A stretch of 32,000 nucleotides of DNA from Candidatus Lokiarchaeum ossiferum (GCA_025839675.1 CP104013.1:2070001-2102000), one strand, 5' to 3'. Shown: positions 1 to 8,833, counted from the first letter of the stretch. Translations and numbers: made by a program. The notes: generated from the sequence alone by a model not told the origin.

Positions 1-56
1 GCTTTATATATCCTTTTGGACTTAACTATCATAGCACTCAACCAGTGTGAAAAACC

Positions 57-323
57 ATGAAACGCTCTCAAAAATTAATGTTATATAGTATTGTCGGAAT
101 GTTAGCAGTTGGCATCTTTATTGCTGCTGCTAATGCCTCAGCGGAAGAATTAACCTCAGATTTGACTAATGAAACATGTGATGGAACTGGAACACAACAA
201 CAAAAACGCCAAGGAAATGGAACTGGAGATCATCCTCAAGATGGGACAGGAAACGGTTATAAACACCAATATAATGCAACCTTAGATGAAAATGGTGTCT
301 GCATCTATGCAACAGAAGCATAA
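57..323 (+). CDS. small exported protein, Gly/Thr/Gln/Asn-rich, with repeated xGTG motifs; no family recognised
   Basis: 88-aa ORF. It has a basic N-terminus, a hydrophobic core (LYSIVGMLAVGIFIAAANA) and an ANA|SAEE-like cleavage context. The mature part carries CDGTGT, GNGTGD and QDGTGN repeats and two Cys. A TATA-like CTTTATATAT lies at 2-11, and a T-rich tract follows the stop. Confidence 0.5.
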   Translation: MKRSQKLMLYSIVGMLAVGIFIAAANASAEELTSDLTNETCDGTGTQQQKRQGNGTGDHPQDGTGNGYKHQYNATLDENGVCIYATEA

Positions 324-429
324 TTGACCTTTTTTTCTTTGTATTTTTCATTAATATTCTTGTAAATCAGCTTGGATTAAAAGTTGGAAAAAATGAAAAT
401 GAAAAAAAATTTGTACTTCACGCTCTCAT

Positions 430-1821
430 TTACAAGAATATTGGAGCAATTAAAGCCCCAACAGAAAATATAAAAGTGAGCCAGAGCCATGCGTTAATTT
501 CTTTTATCTTCCCTAAAACAATTTTAATTAACACAAAAGAAATAACTCCAAAAACAATTCCATTTGTAATACTATAAGTAAATGGAATCATCACCATAGA
601 TAGGAACGCAGGAATAGCATCTTCCAAATTAGTCCAATCAATATTTGCAAGAGGTTTAAACATCAAAACACCTAAAAGAACTAAGACAGGAGCGGTTGCA
701 TATAATGGAACGGCAGCTAATAAGGGACTTAAAAACATAAATGGAAGGAAGCATAATCCAGTAACAACTGCAGTTAAACCAGTTCTACCACCTTCTTCCA
801 CACCAGCGGCACTTTCAATATATGTTGTTGCATCAGAAGTTCCAAAAAAGCCAGATACAAAAGTAGTTAAACTATCAGCAACAAGAGTTCTCTTGAAATT
901 CTTTGGATCACCATTTTCATCGAGTAATCCTCCCACTTCAGAGACACCAAGAAAAGTTGAAACACTGTCAAAAAGATCAGTAAAGGCTAAAGTAAAAATT
1001 GGAATAATCAAAGCAGGTTTTAAAATAACCCCAAGATCAAATTTGAAGAAAGTTCCTGTATCGGGTAAGGCAGCAATTTCGGTTATCGCAATTGATTGAA
1101 AATTTTCATCAATAACGTTAGTACCCCATCCACCTATGGAAAAAATTACTCCTAAGATCGCTGTGGTAACAATACCAATTAAAAATGCACCATTGACCTT
1201 CTTAAGCATCAATACAGCCGTAAAAATTAACCCAAATAGAAATAATGCAAAAGTTAAACCAAAATTATTCATACCTACTAATGTGGCGTCATTATTGATT
1301 ACCACACCTGCATCTTGTAATCCAATGAACACTAAAAATAATCCAATTCCGGCCGCAAGACCAAATCTAAGGCTTTTTGGAATTGCTTTTAACACCCCAC
1401 TACTAATTGGAGTTAAGGACATGATAGTTAATAATGCACCAGCAATGATTATTGCCCCCATCATTTCTTCCCAAGTTATTGTTCCACCCCCAACTAATGC
1501 AAAAGAAATATAAGCATTTAAACCCATACCAGGGGCCACAGCATAAGGATTATTTGACATTAATCCCATTACGATGGTCATTACCGCAGAGATTAAAACT
1601 GTTGAGAATAAAATTGCATTGAAATCTTGGTTCGCCCCGTATTCATTAGAAAGAATTCCTGGATTGACCACGATTATATATGCCATTGTCATAAAACTGG
1701 TAATTCCTGCGAGAACCTCAGTTTTGACAGTAGTTTTATTCTCTGAAAGTTTGAATGTTTTTTCGAGGAATTCTCCAAATCCACCTGTAGAATTCTCTTT
1801 CGTTTCTGTTTCAGCAGACAT
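430..1821 (-). CDS. NCS2/AzgA-family purine (adenine/guanine/hypoxanthine) permease
   Basis: Polytopic membrane protein. The N-terminus (MSAETE...FGEFLEKTFKLSENKTTVKTEVLAGITSFMTMAYIIVVNPGIL) and later blocks (GLNAY, ESAAGVEEGGRTGLTAVV) are typical of AzgA/PurP-type NCS2 permeases. I chose the ATG at 1819-1821 over the upstream ATG at 1881, because known family members begin near this point. Confidence 0.85.
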   Translation of the reverse strand: MSAETETKENSTGGFGEFLEKTFKLSENKTTVKTEVLAGITSFMTMAYIIVVNPGILSNEYGANQDFNAILFSTVLISAVMTIVMGLMSNNPYAVAPGMGLNAYISFALVGGGTITWEEMMGAIIIAGALLTIMSLTPISSGVLKAIPKSLRFGLAAGIGLFLVFIGLQDAGVVINNDATLVGMNNFGLTFALFLFGLIFTAVLMLKKVNGAFLIGIVTTAILGVIFSIGGWGTNVIDENFQSIAITEIAALPDTGTFFKFDLGVILKPALIIPIFTLAFTDLFDSVSTFLGVSEVGGLLDENGDPKNFKRTLVADSLTTFVSGFFGTSDATTYIESAAGVEEGGRTGLTAVVTGLCFLPFMFLSPLLAAVPLYATAPVLVLLGVLMFKPLANIDWTNLEDAIPAFLSMVMIPFTYSITNGIVFGVISFVLIKIVLGKIKEINAWLWLTFIFSVGALIAPIFL

Positions 1822-2347
1822 ATTTTTTACCTTGTATTTTTTTAATAAAACAAATTTTGTCCAACCTTTTCTGTAACACAACTACAAAATCTGTTTCGTT
1901 CTTCTCAAAAGCTTCTATTTGAAGTTTATCAAAGAATTGATTCTTACTTAGCTTTGAAATATAAAAGGAGTAAGTACTAGTAGGTTAATATGTCTCGCAA
2001 GATTTCTTGAATTTTTGAATTGGAATCAAATCAAATCGATATATTGCAGAAATACCATTAAATTTTCGTGATAATATGTCAATTGTGAAATTTTTCTTCA
2101 ATAAATCGTTCAATATTCAGCATTTGAACTTAATTTATATTAAACCAAAGTTTTTTTTTTGGAAATTTAATCATCCAGTACCAAAAAATGATCATTTATG
2201 TGCTCCGACTTGAATATGGGGACAACATCCCATGATCATTTTGGCATTTGTTTAGATCAAAACCGATAATTTTAAGGTCATTCGATCTTTACATCTCCTT
2301 GTAGTATTAATTATTAATAATTACGAACTTTCCGAGGAATTAAACAC

Positions 2348-4492
2348 ATGCCTTCTAAAACAGTAGAAGAATTACAACCTATGTTTCACCCAAAATCGGT
2401 GGCAGTTATAGGCGCGAGTAACAAACCCGGAAAAATTGGAAATTCAGTCTTGAAAAATATGGCTGAATCCGGGTACTCTGGAATAATATATCCAATTAAT
2501 CCAAAAGCGGATGAAATTTTAGGACATAAAGCATTTAAATCAATAACTGATGTCCCTGGACCCATTGACTTAGCTGTTGTTTGTATTCCATCAAAATTTT
2601 GTGTTCCCGTCGTCGAAGATTGTGGAAAAAAAGGGATAAAAACGATGGTGATCATTACCGCCGGTTTCAAGGAAATTGGTGGAGCCGGAATTGAACGTGA
2701 GCATCAAATTGTTTCTATTGCAAAAAAATATAATATGCGGATTCTCGGTCCTAATTGCTTAGGCTTGATTACATCAGGGAACTTTTCATTTTCATCTTTA
2801 TCTCCTAAAAAGGGCCATATTGGGATGCTTTCACAAAGTGGAGCCATGATGACTGGCCTTCTTGACTGGGCTGTAGAAAATGATATTGGTTTTTCAAGTT
2901 TTATCAGTTTAGGAAATAAATGTGATGCTGATGAAGTGGATTATATTGAATATTTAGCTCAAGACGAAAATACCAAAGTTATTGCAGCATATATTGAATC
3001 CGTTCAAGATGGAGAAAAATTTTTCAAAGTCGTATCGGAAGCCACTAAGAAAAAACCCGTAATTTTATTGAAATCAGGTCGAAGCGCTGCAGGTGCCAAA
3101 GCCGCATCTTCCCACACAGGAGCATTAGCAGGTTCAGATATTGCATTTGATCTTGCCTTTAAAAAAGCCGGAGTTATACGCGCAGAAACTATTAGTGATC
3201 TTTTTAATTATTGTTTAACATTTATTATTGCCCCTATTCCAAAGGGAAATAAATTTGCAATAATCACTAATGCTGGCGGTCCAGGTATTATCACCACCGA
3301 TGCCATGGAAGCGAGTAATTTAGGTTTCGCTCAATTTACGGAAGATACTGTAAATAAATTGCAAGCTGTTTTACCTGCAGAATCTAACTTTTATAATCCC
3401 GTCGATATTATTGGAGATGCACCTCCTGAGAGATATGAAGCAGCCATTGATATCCTCTTTCAATGTCCAGATTCAGAAGTCGCAGGAGGAATAGTCCTTT
3501 TAACACCTCAATCCCAAACCGAACCCTTACGAGTAGCGAAACTAGTGAGTGCCTTACATCAAAAATATCCCAATAAGACACTAGTGGCATCCTTTATTGG
3601 TGGTGTGAGTGTTAATGAAGCAGCCAAAGTGCTAACTAAAGGGGGAGTACCTACCTATGCATTTCCTGAAGAAGCCGTGAAGGTCTTAAAAGGGTTAGAA
3701 TATTATGGTAGAATTCAAAAATCACCCATCATCACCCAAAAAAAAGTTCCGCACGTAGATGTAAATACTACTCGAGTTCGAGAAATTTTTGATATTGTTC
3801 GGAAAGACAATCGAGCAGTATTATTAAGCTATGAAACATCTGAAATTTTTGATATCTACGGAATCAAAAATCCAAAATCACGACTCGCACAAACAGCACG
3901 AGATGCTGCAGAACTTGCAGAAGAGATTGGTTTTCCAGTAGTTATGAAAATTGTTTCCCCCCAAATAATTCATAAATGGGATTGTGGCGGAGTCGTTTTG
4001 AATATAGACACCCAGCAAAAAGCAAAAGATGCTTTTATATCGATTATGTCAAATGCCAAGGCGAAGGGGCCATCCAATGCAGATTTGAGGGGAGTTGAAG
4101 TTCAACAAATGATTACCACAAAAGATAAGAAAAAGGTAAATGAATTGATCTTTGGAATTAACAGAGATCCCCAATGGGGACCGATGATTATGGTGGGAAG
4201 TGGAGGAATCTATGCCAATTATGTTAAAGATGTAAAATTTGATTTAGCCTTCCATTATGATCGCGATGATGCACTCAAACAATTAAAACAGACCAACATT
4301 TCTAAAATCCTAGAAGGAGTCCGTGGGGAACCTCGAAGTGATATCGAAGGCGTAGTAAGCATTTTAGTGAAATTGTCGCAATTAGTTAATGATTTTAAGG
4401 ACATTGTCGAATTAGATATCAACCCATGCCTGGTTTTCGATGCAGAATCAGGATACAGTGCAGTCGATATTAAAATAACCATTTCTCACTAA
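2348..4492 (+). CDS. acd: ADP-forming acetyl-CoA synthetase (NDP-forming acyl-CoA synthetase), fused alpha-beta form
   Basis: 714 aa. It has an N-terminal CoA-binding region (VAVIGASNKPGKIGN), a succinyl-CoA-synthetase-alpha-like core (ITAGFKE), a phosphohistidine loop (AASSHTGALAGSD) and a C-terminal ATP-grasp part (FPVVMKIVSPQIIHKWDCGGVVLNI...ELDINPCLV). GAGG lies about 12 nt upstream of the ATG. Confidence 0.9.
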   Translation: MPSKTVEELQPMFHPKSVAVIGASNKPGKIGNSVLKNMAESGYSGIIYPINPKADEILGHKAFKSITDVPGPIDLAVVCIPSKFCVPVVEDCGKKGIKTMVIITAGFKEIGGAGIEREHQIVSIAKKYNMRILGPNCLGLITSGNFSFSSLSPKKGHIGMLSQSGAMMTGLLDWAVENDIGFSSFISLGNKCDADEVDYIEYLAQDENTKVIAAYIESVQDGEKFFKVVSEATKKKPVILLKSGRSAAGAKAASSHTGALAGSDIAFDLAFKKAGVIRAETISDLFNYCLTFIIAPIPKGNKFAIITNAGGPGIITTDAMEASNLGFAQFTEDTVNKLQAVLPAESNFYNPVDIIGDAPPERYEAAIDILFQCPDSEVAGGIVLLTPQSQTEPLRVAKLVSALHQKYPNKTLVASFIGGVSVNEAAKVLTKGGVPTYAFPEEAVKVLKGLEYYGRIQKSPIITQKKVPHVDVNTTRVREIFDIVRKDNRAVLLSYETSEIFDIYGIKNPKSRLAQTARDAAELAEEIGFPVVMKIVSPQIIHKWDCGGVVLNIDTQQKAKDAFISIMSNAKAKGPSNADLRGVEVQQMITTKDKKKVNELIFGINRDPQWGPMIMVGSGGIYANYVKDVKFDLAFHYDRDDALKQLKQTNISKILEGVRGEPRSDIEGVVSILVKLSQLVNDFKDIVELDINPCLVFDAESGYSAVDIKITISH

Positions 4493-4518
4493 TTTTTTGT
4501 GTATACCAGGTGATAACC

Positions 4519-5577
4519 ATGACAAAAACAATTATGCTCACATCAACACATTCTGGGGCGGGAAAAAGCATTGTAGCCATTGGAATGTTTTTGAAGATGA
4601 AAGAAAATGGAAAAAATCCGGGATATTTCAAACCCATTGGAGATGCAATGACCCGTCAAGAAAAAAGTCGCACAGATAAAGATGTTTCTGTAATTTCTGC
4701 GGTAGTTGCACGTAAATATTCCAAGGAGGAAATATGCCCTCATTTTTTAAATCCCGAATATTATTTGGATGAAATCTTACCAGAAGAAGTGGATGAAGTA
4801 TTTCATAAAATAAAAGATGCATATACCAACATCTCCGCAAAATGCGATTTAGTACTCATTGAAGGCAATCACTTCGTGAGCCAATATTCACCAATAGGAT
4901 TAGATGATTTAAGATTTGCAAAAGAATTCAACGCATCAATGATCATCTGCGCCCCAATCACCGATGATGATGATTTAAACTCAGTAATTGCGACTTATGA
5001 ATATATTAAATCACAAAATCTAGAAATCGCGGGAGTCATTTTGAATGCCAGAACAAAAACCGCCGAAGCCCGAATTAAGCGATATCACATACCCCTTTTA
5101 GAAAAACGAGGAATCATAGTGATAGGTGCATTAACAAACTCTCGAGAACTTGAAAAACCCACCATTTCAGAAATAATGGATGCAACTGGGGCTAAATTAT
5201 ATTCAGGTGAATTTATTAAAGTGAAAAATACCCTGATCAATTCTTTTGTAATCGGAGCTATGGGTGCAGAGCCAGCATTAAAAATTTTTAGGGGCGGTAT
5301 TGATAAGTGTGTCATTACTGGAGGAGATAGGACAGATATTGCCTTAGCTGCTTTAGACACGAGCACAAAATTAATTATTTTCACTGGAAATTTAGATCCA
5401 ATTCAACGTGTGGTAAGTGTTGCAGAAGAAAAAGGAGTTCCCCTTTTAACTACTAGTTCGGATACTTATTCAGTAGCGGAACAAATCCGAAAGATTCAAA
5501 CACACATTCAAGCCAACGAGATTCAGATTTGTCGCGATCAAGTAGAAAATCTTGATTGGGAAAAGATCCCACAATAA
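4519..5577 (+). CDS. PtaN-like protein: P-loop (DTBS/CobQ-like, AAA_26-type) domain plus DRTGG domain, with no phosphotransacetylase catalytic domain
   Basis: LTSTHSGAGKSIVAIG...GYFKPIGD, IEGNH, then CVITGGDRTDIALAAL (the DRTGG motif). The layout matches the N-terminal regulatory half of class II Pta (E. coli type), but the protein ends at about 350 aa. GGTGA lies 5-9 nt upstream of ATG 4519; a GTG at 4510 is an alternative start. The gene begins 27 nt after the acd stop. Confidence 0.8.
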   Translation: MTKTIMLTSTHSGAGKSIVAIGMFLKMKENGKNPGYFKPIGDAMTRQEKSRTDKDVSVISAVVARKYSKEEICPHFLNPEYYLDEILPEEVDEVFHKIKDAYTNISAKCDLVLIEGNHFVSQYSPIGLDDLRFAKEFNASMIICAPITDDDDLNSVIATYEYIKSQNLEIAGVILNARTKTAEARIKRYHIPLLEKRGIIVIGALTNSRELEKPTISEIMDATGAKLYSGEFIKVKNTLINSFVIGAMGAEPALKIFRGGIDKCVITGGDRTDIALAALDTSTKLIIFTGNLDPIQRVVSVAEEKGVPLLTTSSDTYSVAEQIRKIQTHIQANEIQICRDQVENLDWEKIPQ

Positions 5578-5593
5578 ATAAGAGTTAAGTTTG

Positions 5594-5601
5594 TTTTTTT
5601 T
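5594..5601 (+). terminator. oligo-T tract (T8) downstream of the PtaN-like gene, a candidate archaeal intrinsic terminator
   Basis: GTTTTTTTTC starts 17 nt after the stop and is followed by further T-rich sequence (ACATTTTTTATTTT). Confidence 0.4.
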
Positions 5602-5766
5602 CTTACATTTTTTATTTTAAAGTATTTATATAACCACCCCTCAGATCCTTACCACAAATTTTGACACTAATTACCGAATTGGTTAGTTTTTCAGAATTTA
5701 TTTGAAGTTTTGTTCCAAAAATCACTCTGAATTACCTATACAGGATTTGTGTTAAAGCAATGAATG

Positions 5767-5779
5767 AAAAAAAAAAAAA
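5767..5779 (-). terminator. oligo-T tract (T13 on the minus strand) immediately after the Lnt-like gene
   Basis: An A13 run on the plus strand abuts the minus-strand stop at 5781. Confidence 0.45.
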
Positions 5780-5780
5780 G

Positions 5781-7307
5781 TTATTCTCTTAATTTGCGAT
5801 TAAAAGTTATGGTTGAAAATATGGACCATGCAATCAATCCAGAAATAAATAATAAACTGATGTATACAAGCCAATCACCTAAGAAACTATAGCCAGTTTT
5901 TATACCATTTGTGGGTAAATCGGTGAACATCAAACATTCATTGGTTTTAAAGAAGTCTTGATATGATAAAATATTACCATAGTAATCAATTCCCATTGAT
6001 ACTCCAGTATTCGATTGACGAATAACAGACATTCCATTTTCTACACCCCGGATCATTGATGATTTTGTATGATAATCTTTTATTACTTCAGTGTCAAAAG
6101 CAGGGACAAGAAGTATATCTACATTATTTTTTCCAGCTTGCCTTATAAAATTTGGAAAATCATTATCAAAGCAAATAGTAATTGAGATACGTCCGTATAT
6201 GGTATCAATGTAATCTATAATTCCATCAGATGTTGTTTCATACCAGGAAATAGTCTTAATATAATCAAAAGCAATCTCTCCTTCAGGAGTAATCATGTAT
6301 GCCATATTATCACTCACGTATGATCCATAGTATAGCTTCAATACTGCTGGGATAAAATATATTTGATTGGTGGCAGCAAATTGCTTGCATCGATTTAGAA
6401 ATGAATCTTCTTGATCCTCATAAAAAACATCATTTCCTTCACTCCAAAATACTATTTTGGCACCAGCATCTACAGCTTTTTGTGAGAGATTAAAAAGTTG
6501 TTCTTCTATTTGAACAAATTCTGTTTTAAATGACGTGGAAGTCTCTGTTGGTGTTTTTTGATCAACAATTTCCCCCCAATAATTCTGTTTATGAGGTACT
6601 GAAATTGAGGCAATTCTGACGGTCTCGGATCTAGGCTCAAATAGAGCTAATCGAAAAGTACCGAAAGTTAGGATCACTACTACAACCACAGAATAAACTT
6701 TTATTAATTTCTTTCTTACTTTTAATGGAGAATGAGCCAAGAGCAGTTTTGAGGAATTTTTTTCATTTATTTGTTCCCATAGCTTGTTGATGATACTTGC
6801 AGTCCAGCTTATTAAAAATGATAGCCCCCAAATCCCTGTTAAAGAGGTAACTTGTAAAATGGCCTGATGATCAAATTGGGTAGCACCCAATGACATCCCT
6901 GTTCCAAGTGGGGTTAATGTTAGCAAAAATTCTGTAAGTACAACCATGCTAGGAAAAATAAATGACGAAATTATCATTGAAAAACGTCGTTCTAAAATCT
7001 TATCAACTATTAGAGGAATGAACACTAATATAACCACAGCAAGAATCGCAATTGTAATGGCCAGATATAATTCCATATCCCACCCATTCACCATTTTAAG
7101 AAAACCAGGAACAGATAGTACTGGAACAATTAGTAATTGATTTAAAAATCGATCTTGTGAACGAAAATAGCACATGATTAAAGGTATTGAGATCCATGCA
7201 GCCAGCGAGATATTCCAATGCCAACCAACGAATGTATAGACGAATGCACCTGCAAGTAGACAAATAACATTCTTAGTTTGTTTATTATTGTTTGTTATTT
7301 TTGACAT
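5781..7307 (-). CDS. apolipoprotein N-acyltransferase-like protein (polytopic membrane domain plus C-terminal carbon-nitrogen hydrolase domain)
   Basis: 508 aa. The N-terminal ~210 aa hold multiple hydrophobic helices. The C-terminal nitrilase-superfamily domain has candidate Glu (KIVFWSEGN) and Cys (RISITICFDNDFPNF) catalytic blocks. This TM + CN-hydrolase fusion is the Lnt architecture. Confidence 0.7.
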   Translation of the reverse strand: MSKITNNNKQTKNVICLLAGAFVYTFVGWHWNISLAAWISIPLIMCYFRSQDRFLNQLLIVPVLSVPGFLKMVNGWDMELYLAITIAILAVVILVFIPLIVDKILERRFSMIISSFIFPSMVVLTEFLLTLTPLGTGMSLGATQFDHQAILQVTSLTGIWGLSFLISWTASIINKLWEQINEKNSSKLLLAHSPLKVRKKLIKVYSVVVVVILTFGTFRLALFEPRSETVRIASISVPHKQNYWGEIVDQKTPTETSTSFKTEFVQIEEQLFNLSQKAVDAGAKIVFWSEGNDVFYEDQEDSFLNRCKQFAATNQIYFIPAVLKLYYGSYVSDNMAYMITPEGEIAFDYIKTISWYETTSDGIIDYIDTIYGRISITICFDNDFPNFIRQAGKNNVDILLVPAFDTEVIKDYHTKSSMIRGVENGMSVIRQSNTGVSMGIDYYGNILSYQDFFKTNECLMFTDLPTNGIKTGYSFLGDWLVYISLLFISGLIAWSIFSTITFNRKLRE

Positions 7308-7372
7308 ATATAATCAACTTTTTTTTTAATTGAGATTTATAATAAATGAGCACAACTCAATTATTTAGAATA

Positions 7373-7389
7373 AATGAGCATTGCTCATT
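7373..7389. promoter_or_regulatory. perfect 8-1-8 palindrome AATGAGCA-T-TGCTCATT in a divergent intergenic region, a candidate operator
   Basis: Read directly from the sequence. A further half-site, AATAAATGAGCA, lies at 7341-7352. The site sits between the Lnt-like gene (minus) and the 7608 gene (plus). Confidence 0.4.
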
Positions 7390-7607
7390 AAAACATATGA
7401 CCCTCAATTTTTAGCAAAAAAAGATGTCAAAAACTATTACCCAGAATTCAAATTTATCCTTATATTTCAAAAAAAACTAGTTAACCTGAAATTTAATATT
7501 GAAAATAGTATAAGAGTAGATATTTTTGAAGTATGTAGGACCTTTGTTCTCATAAGAAGAACCAATGGTTTGAAAGCTATTTTAAATGATTACTTAAAAT
7601 TAAAATC

Positions 7608-8804
7608 ATGGTTCAAAACAATACATTTTTGCAGGGTATATTAGATATTGAAAGTGTGCTTTCAATTATTCAACTATTTGTAATAGGTATCATTATAGTC
7701 TATGTGATCAGGTATTCTATGAAATATAAGCATAGAAACATGAAGTATTACATTTTAAGTATGGTGGCGTTTTTTGTTGGAAATTTGGTTCCAAAGATTC
7801 TTCAATTTTCTATAGATAGTTTTAAACTTCAGTTTATCTTTTCAAGTTCAAGTTTTCTAATTCTTTTGATAAGCAGCTTGTTTTTAATCCTATTTTTTGA
7901 ATCCTTTAAATATGAGCATGTTTTAACAAAGAAAAATCAATTATTCGTTAGTTCAGTAATAGTGATTCTTTCTGCCATGGTTACATTTTTGATTGTGTTT
8001 TTCAGCATTTTAGATTTTTCTACTATGGAAATAAATTTTGGCCCAGGTGGAATTCAAGACGCTCAATTTATTCAAGGAATGCAAATATTCAAAAGTTTAG
8101 CGTATGTAGTTATCGCATTAACAACTTGTGAATTAATTAGCTTACTACTCTTCATTCGACAAAGCATAAAGAGATCTACCAACGATATTCTAATTAAAAA
8201 GTACAAAATCATTGCATTTAGTATCATCTTTAGTATCTTGCTTAGTATTTTAAGTGCAATTCTCACCTCAGATCCTACAGTAGCGATAGTTAGAGCATGG
8301 AATTTAGTCGTACAATTTTTCTTGCTACTCAATTACATTATAATCTGTATAACTGTTTTCAGAGGGGGGATTTTTATGTTTCAAGAAAATTCTCTTAGGA
8401 AACTTTTAATTATTGATAATAATGGAATATCTTATTATTCCTTTGATTTCCAACGATTAGAATCTAAAAACACGGATGATAACAGCGATTTATTATTTTC
8501 AGGAGCTTTAAATGCCGTTGGAAAAATTTTTGGAGAATTAACTGGGAATTTACAAAATCATCTTGAAGAAATGGTTTTTAACAATATTCATCTTCTGATT
8601 GAACAAATTCCTGATACAGATCTTTCTGTAATATTATTAATGGAGAAATCAACAGTATTTTATAAGGAAGCCATTAGAAATTTCGCTTTAAACTTTAAGC
8701 ATATCGGAGAAATTGAATCAAATTTAAGATTAGATAAAGATCAAACTAAAGAAGCAAATCGAAAAGTAAGGGAATTTTTTGGTTTTAATCAAATTTCGGT
8801 TTGA
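7608..8804 (+). CDS. 7-TM membrane protein with a C-terminal cytosolic longin/roadblock-like domain (fold call tentative)
   Basis: 398 aa. About seven hydrophobic segments lie in residues 17-251. The soluble tail (~263-366) alternates beta-like and helix-like segments: KLLIIDNNG / ISYYSFDF / DLLFSGALNAVGKIFGELTG / LEEMVFNN / IHLLIEQIP / LSVILLMEK / STVFYKEAIRNFALNF. That is a beta-beta-alpha-beta-beta-beta-alpha order. Confidence 0.7.
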   Translation: MVQNNTFLQGILDIESVLSIIQLFVIGIIIVYVIRYSMKYKHRNMKYYILSMVAFFVGNLVPKILQFSIDSFKLQFIFSSSSFLILLISSLFLILFFESFKYEHVLTKKNQLFVSSVIVILSAMVTFLIVFFSILDFSTMEINFGPGGIQDAQFIQGMQIFKSLAYVVIALTTCELISLLLFIRQSIKRSTNDILIKKYKIIAFSIIFSILLSILSAILTSDPTVAIVRAWNLVVQFFLLLNYIIICITVFRGGIFMFQENSLRKLLIIDNNGISYYSFDFQRLESKNTDDNSDLLFSGALNAVGKIFGELTGNLQNHLEEMVFNNIHLLIEQIPDTDLSVILLMEKSTVFYKEAIRNFALNFKHIGEIESNLRLDKDQTKEANRKVREFFGFNQISV

Positions 8805-8819
8805 AATTGCTGATTTTGG

Positions 8820-8833
8820 TTTTTTTTTTTTTT
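8820..8833 (+). terminator. oligo-T tract (T14) after the 7608-8804 gene
   Basis: GGTTTTTTTTTTTTTTAAAAAG, with the T-run starting 16 nt after the stop. Confidence 0.5.

Noticed and set aside
893-1876. Three plus-strand ORFs (893-1099, 1136-1513, 1574-1876) of 68-125 aa.
   Set aside because: All lie fully antisense to the well-supported NCS2 permease gene. Their low-complexity, I/P/K/N-rich translations are the mirror of a hydrophobic membrane-protein frame.
1822-1881. A 20-codon N-terminal extension of the permease (MCYRKGWTKFVLLKKYKVKN).
   Set aside because: Family members start close to the MSAETE... position, and the extension has no family-like sequence. I kept ATG 1821.
2151-2160. A T10 run in the permease/acd intergenic region, considered as the terminator of an unannotated plus-strand transcript that would start at the TTTGAAATATAAAAGG box (1953-1968).
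   Set aside because: There is no structured or GC-rich segment and no convincing small ORF between the two; the best is a 46-codon K/F/N-rich frame from 2076. The TATA-like box could equally serve the minus-strand permease. Expression data would be needed to say more.
7381-7644. An 87-aa plus-strand ORF in the Lnt-like / 7-TM intergenic region.
   Set aside because: The translation is K/F/I/L-rich and of low complexity. It begins inside the palindromic operator candidate and overlaps the start of the 7608 gene in another frame. This is typical of a chance ORF in AT-rich DNA.
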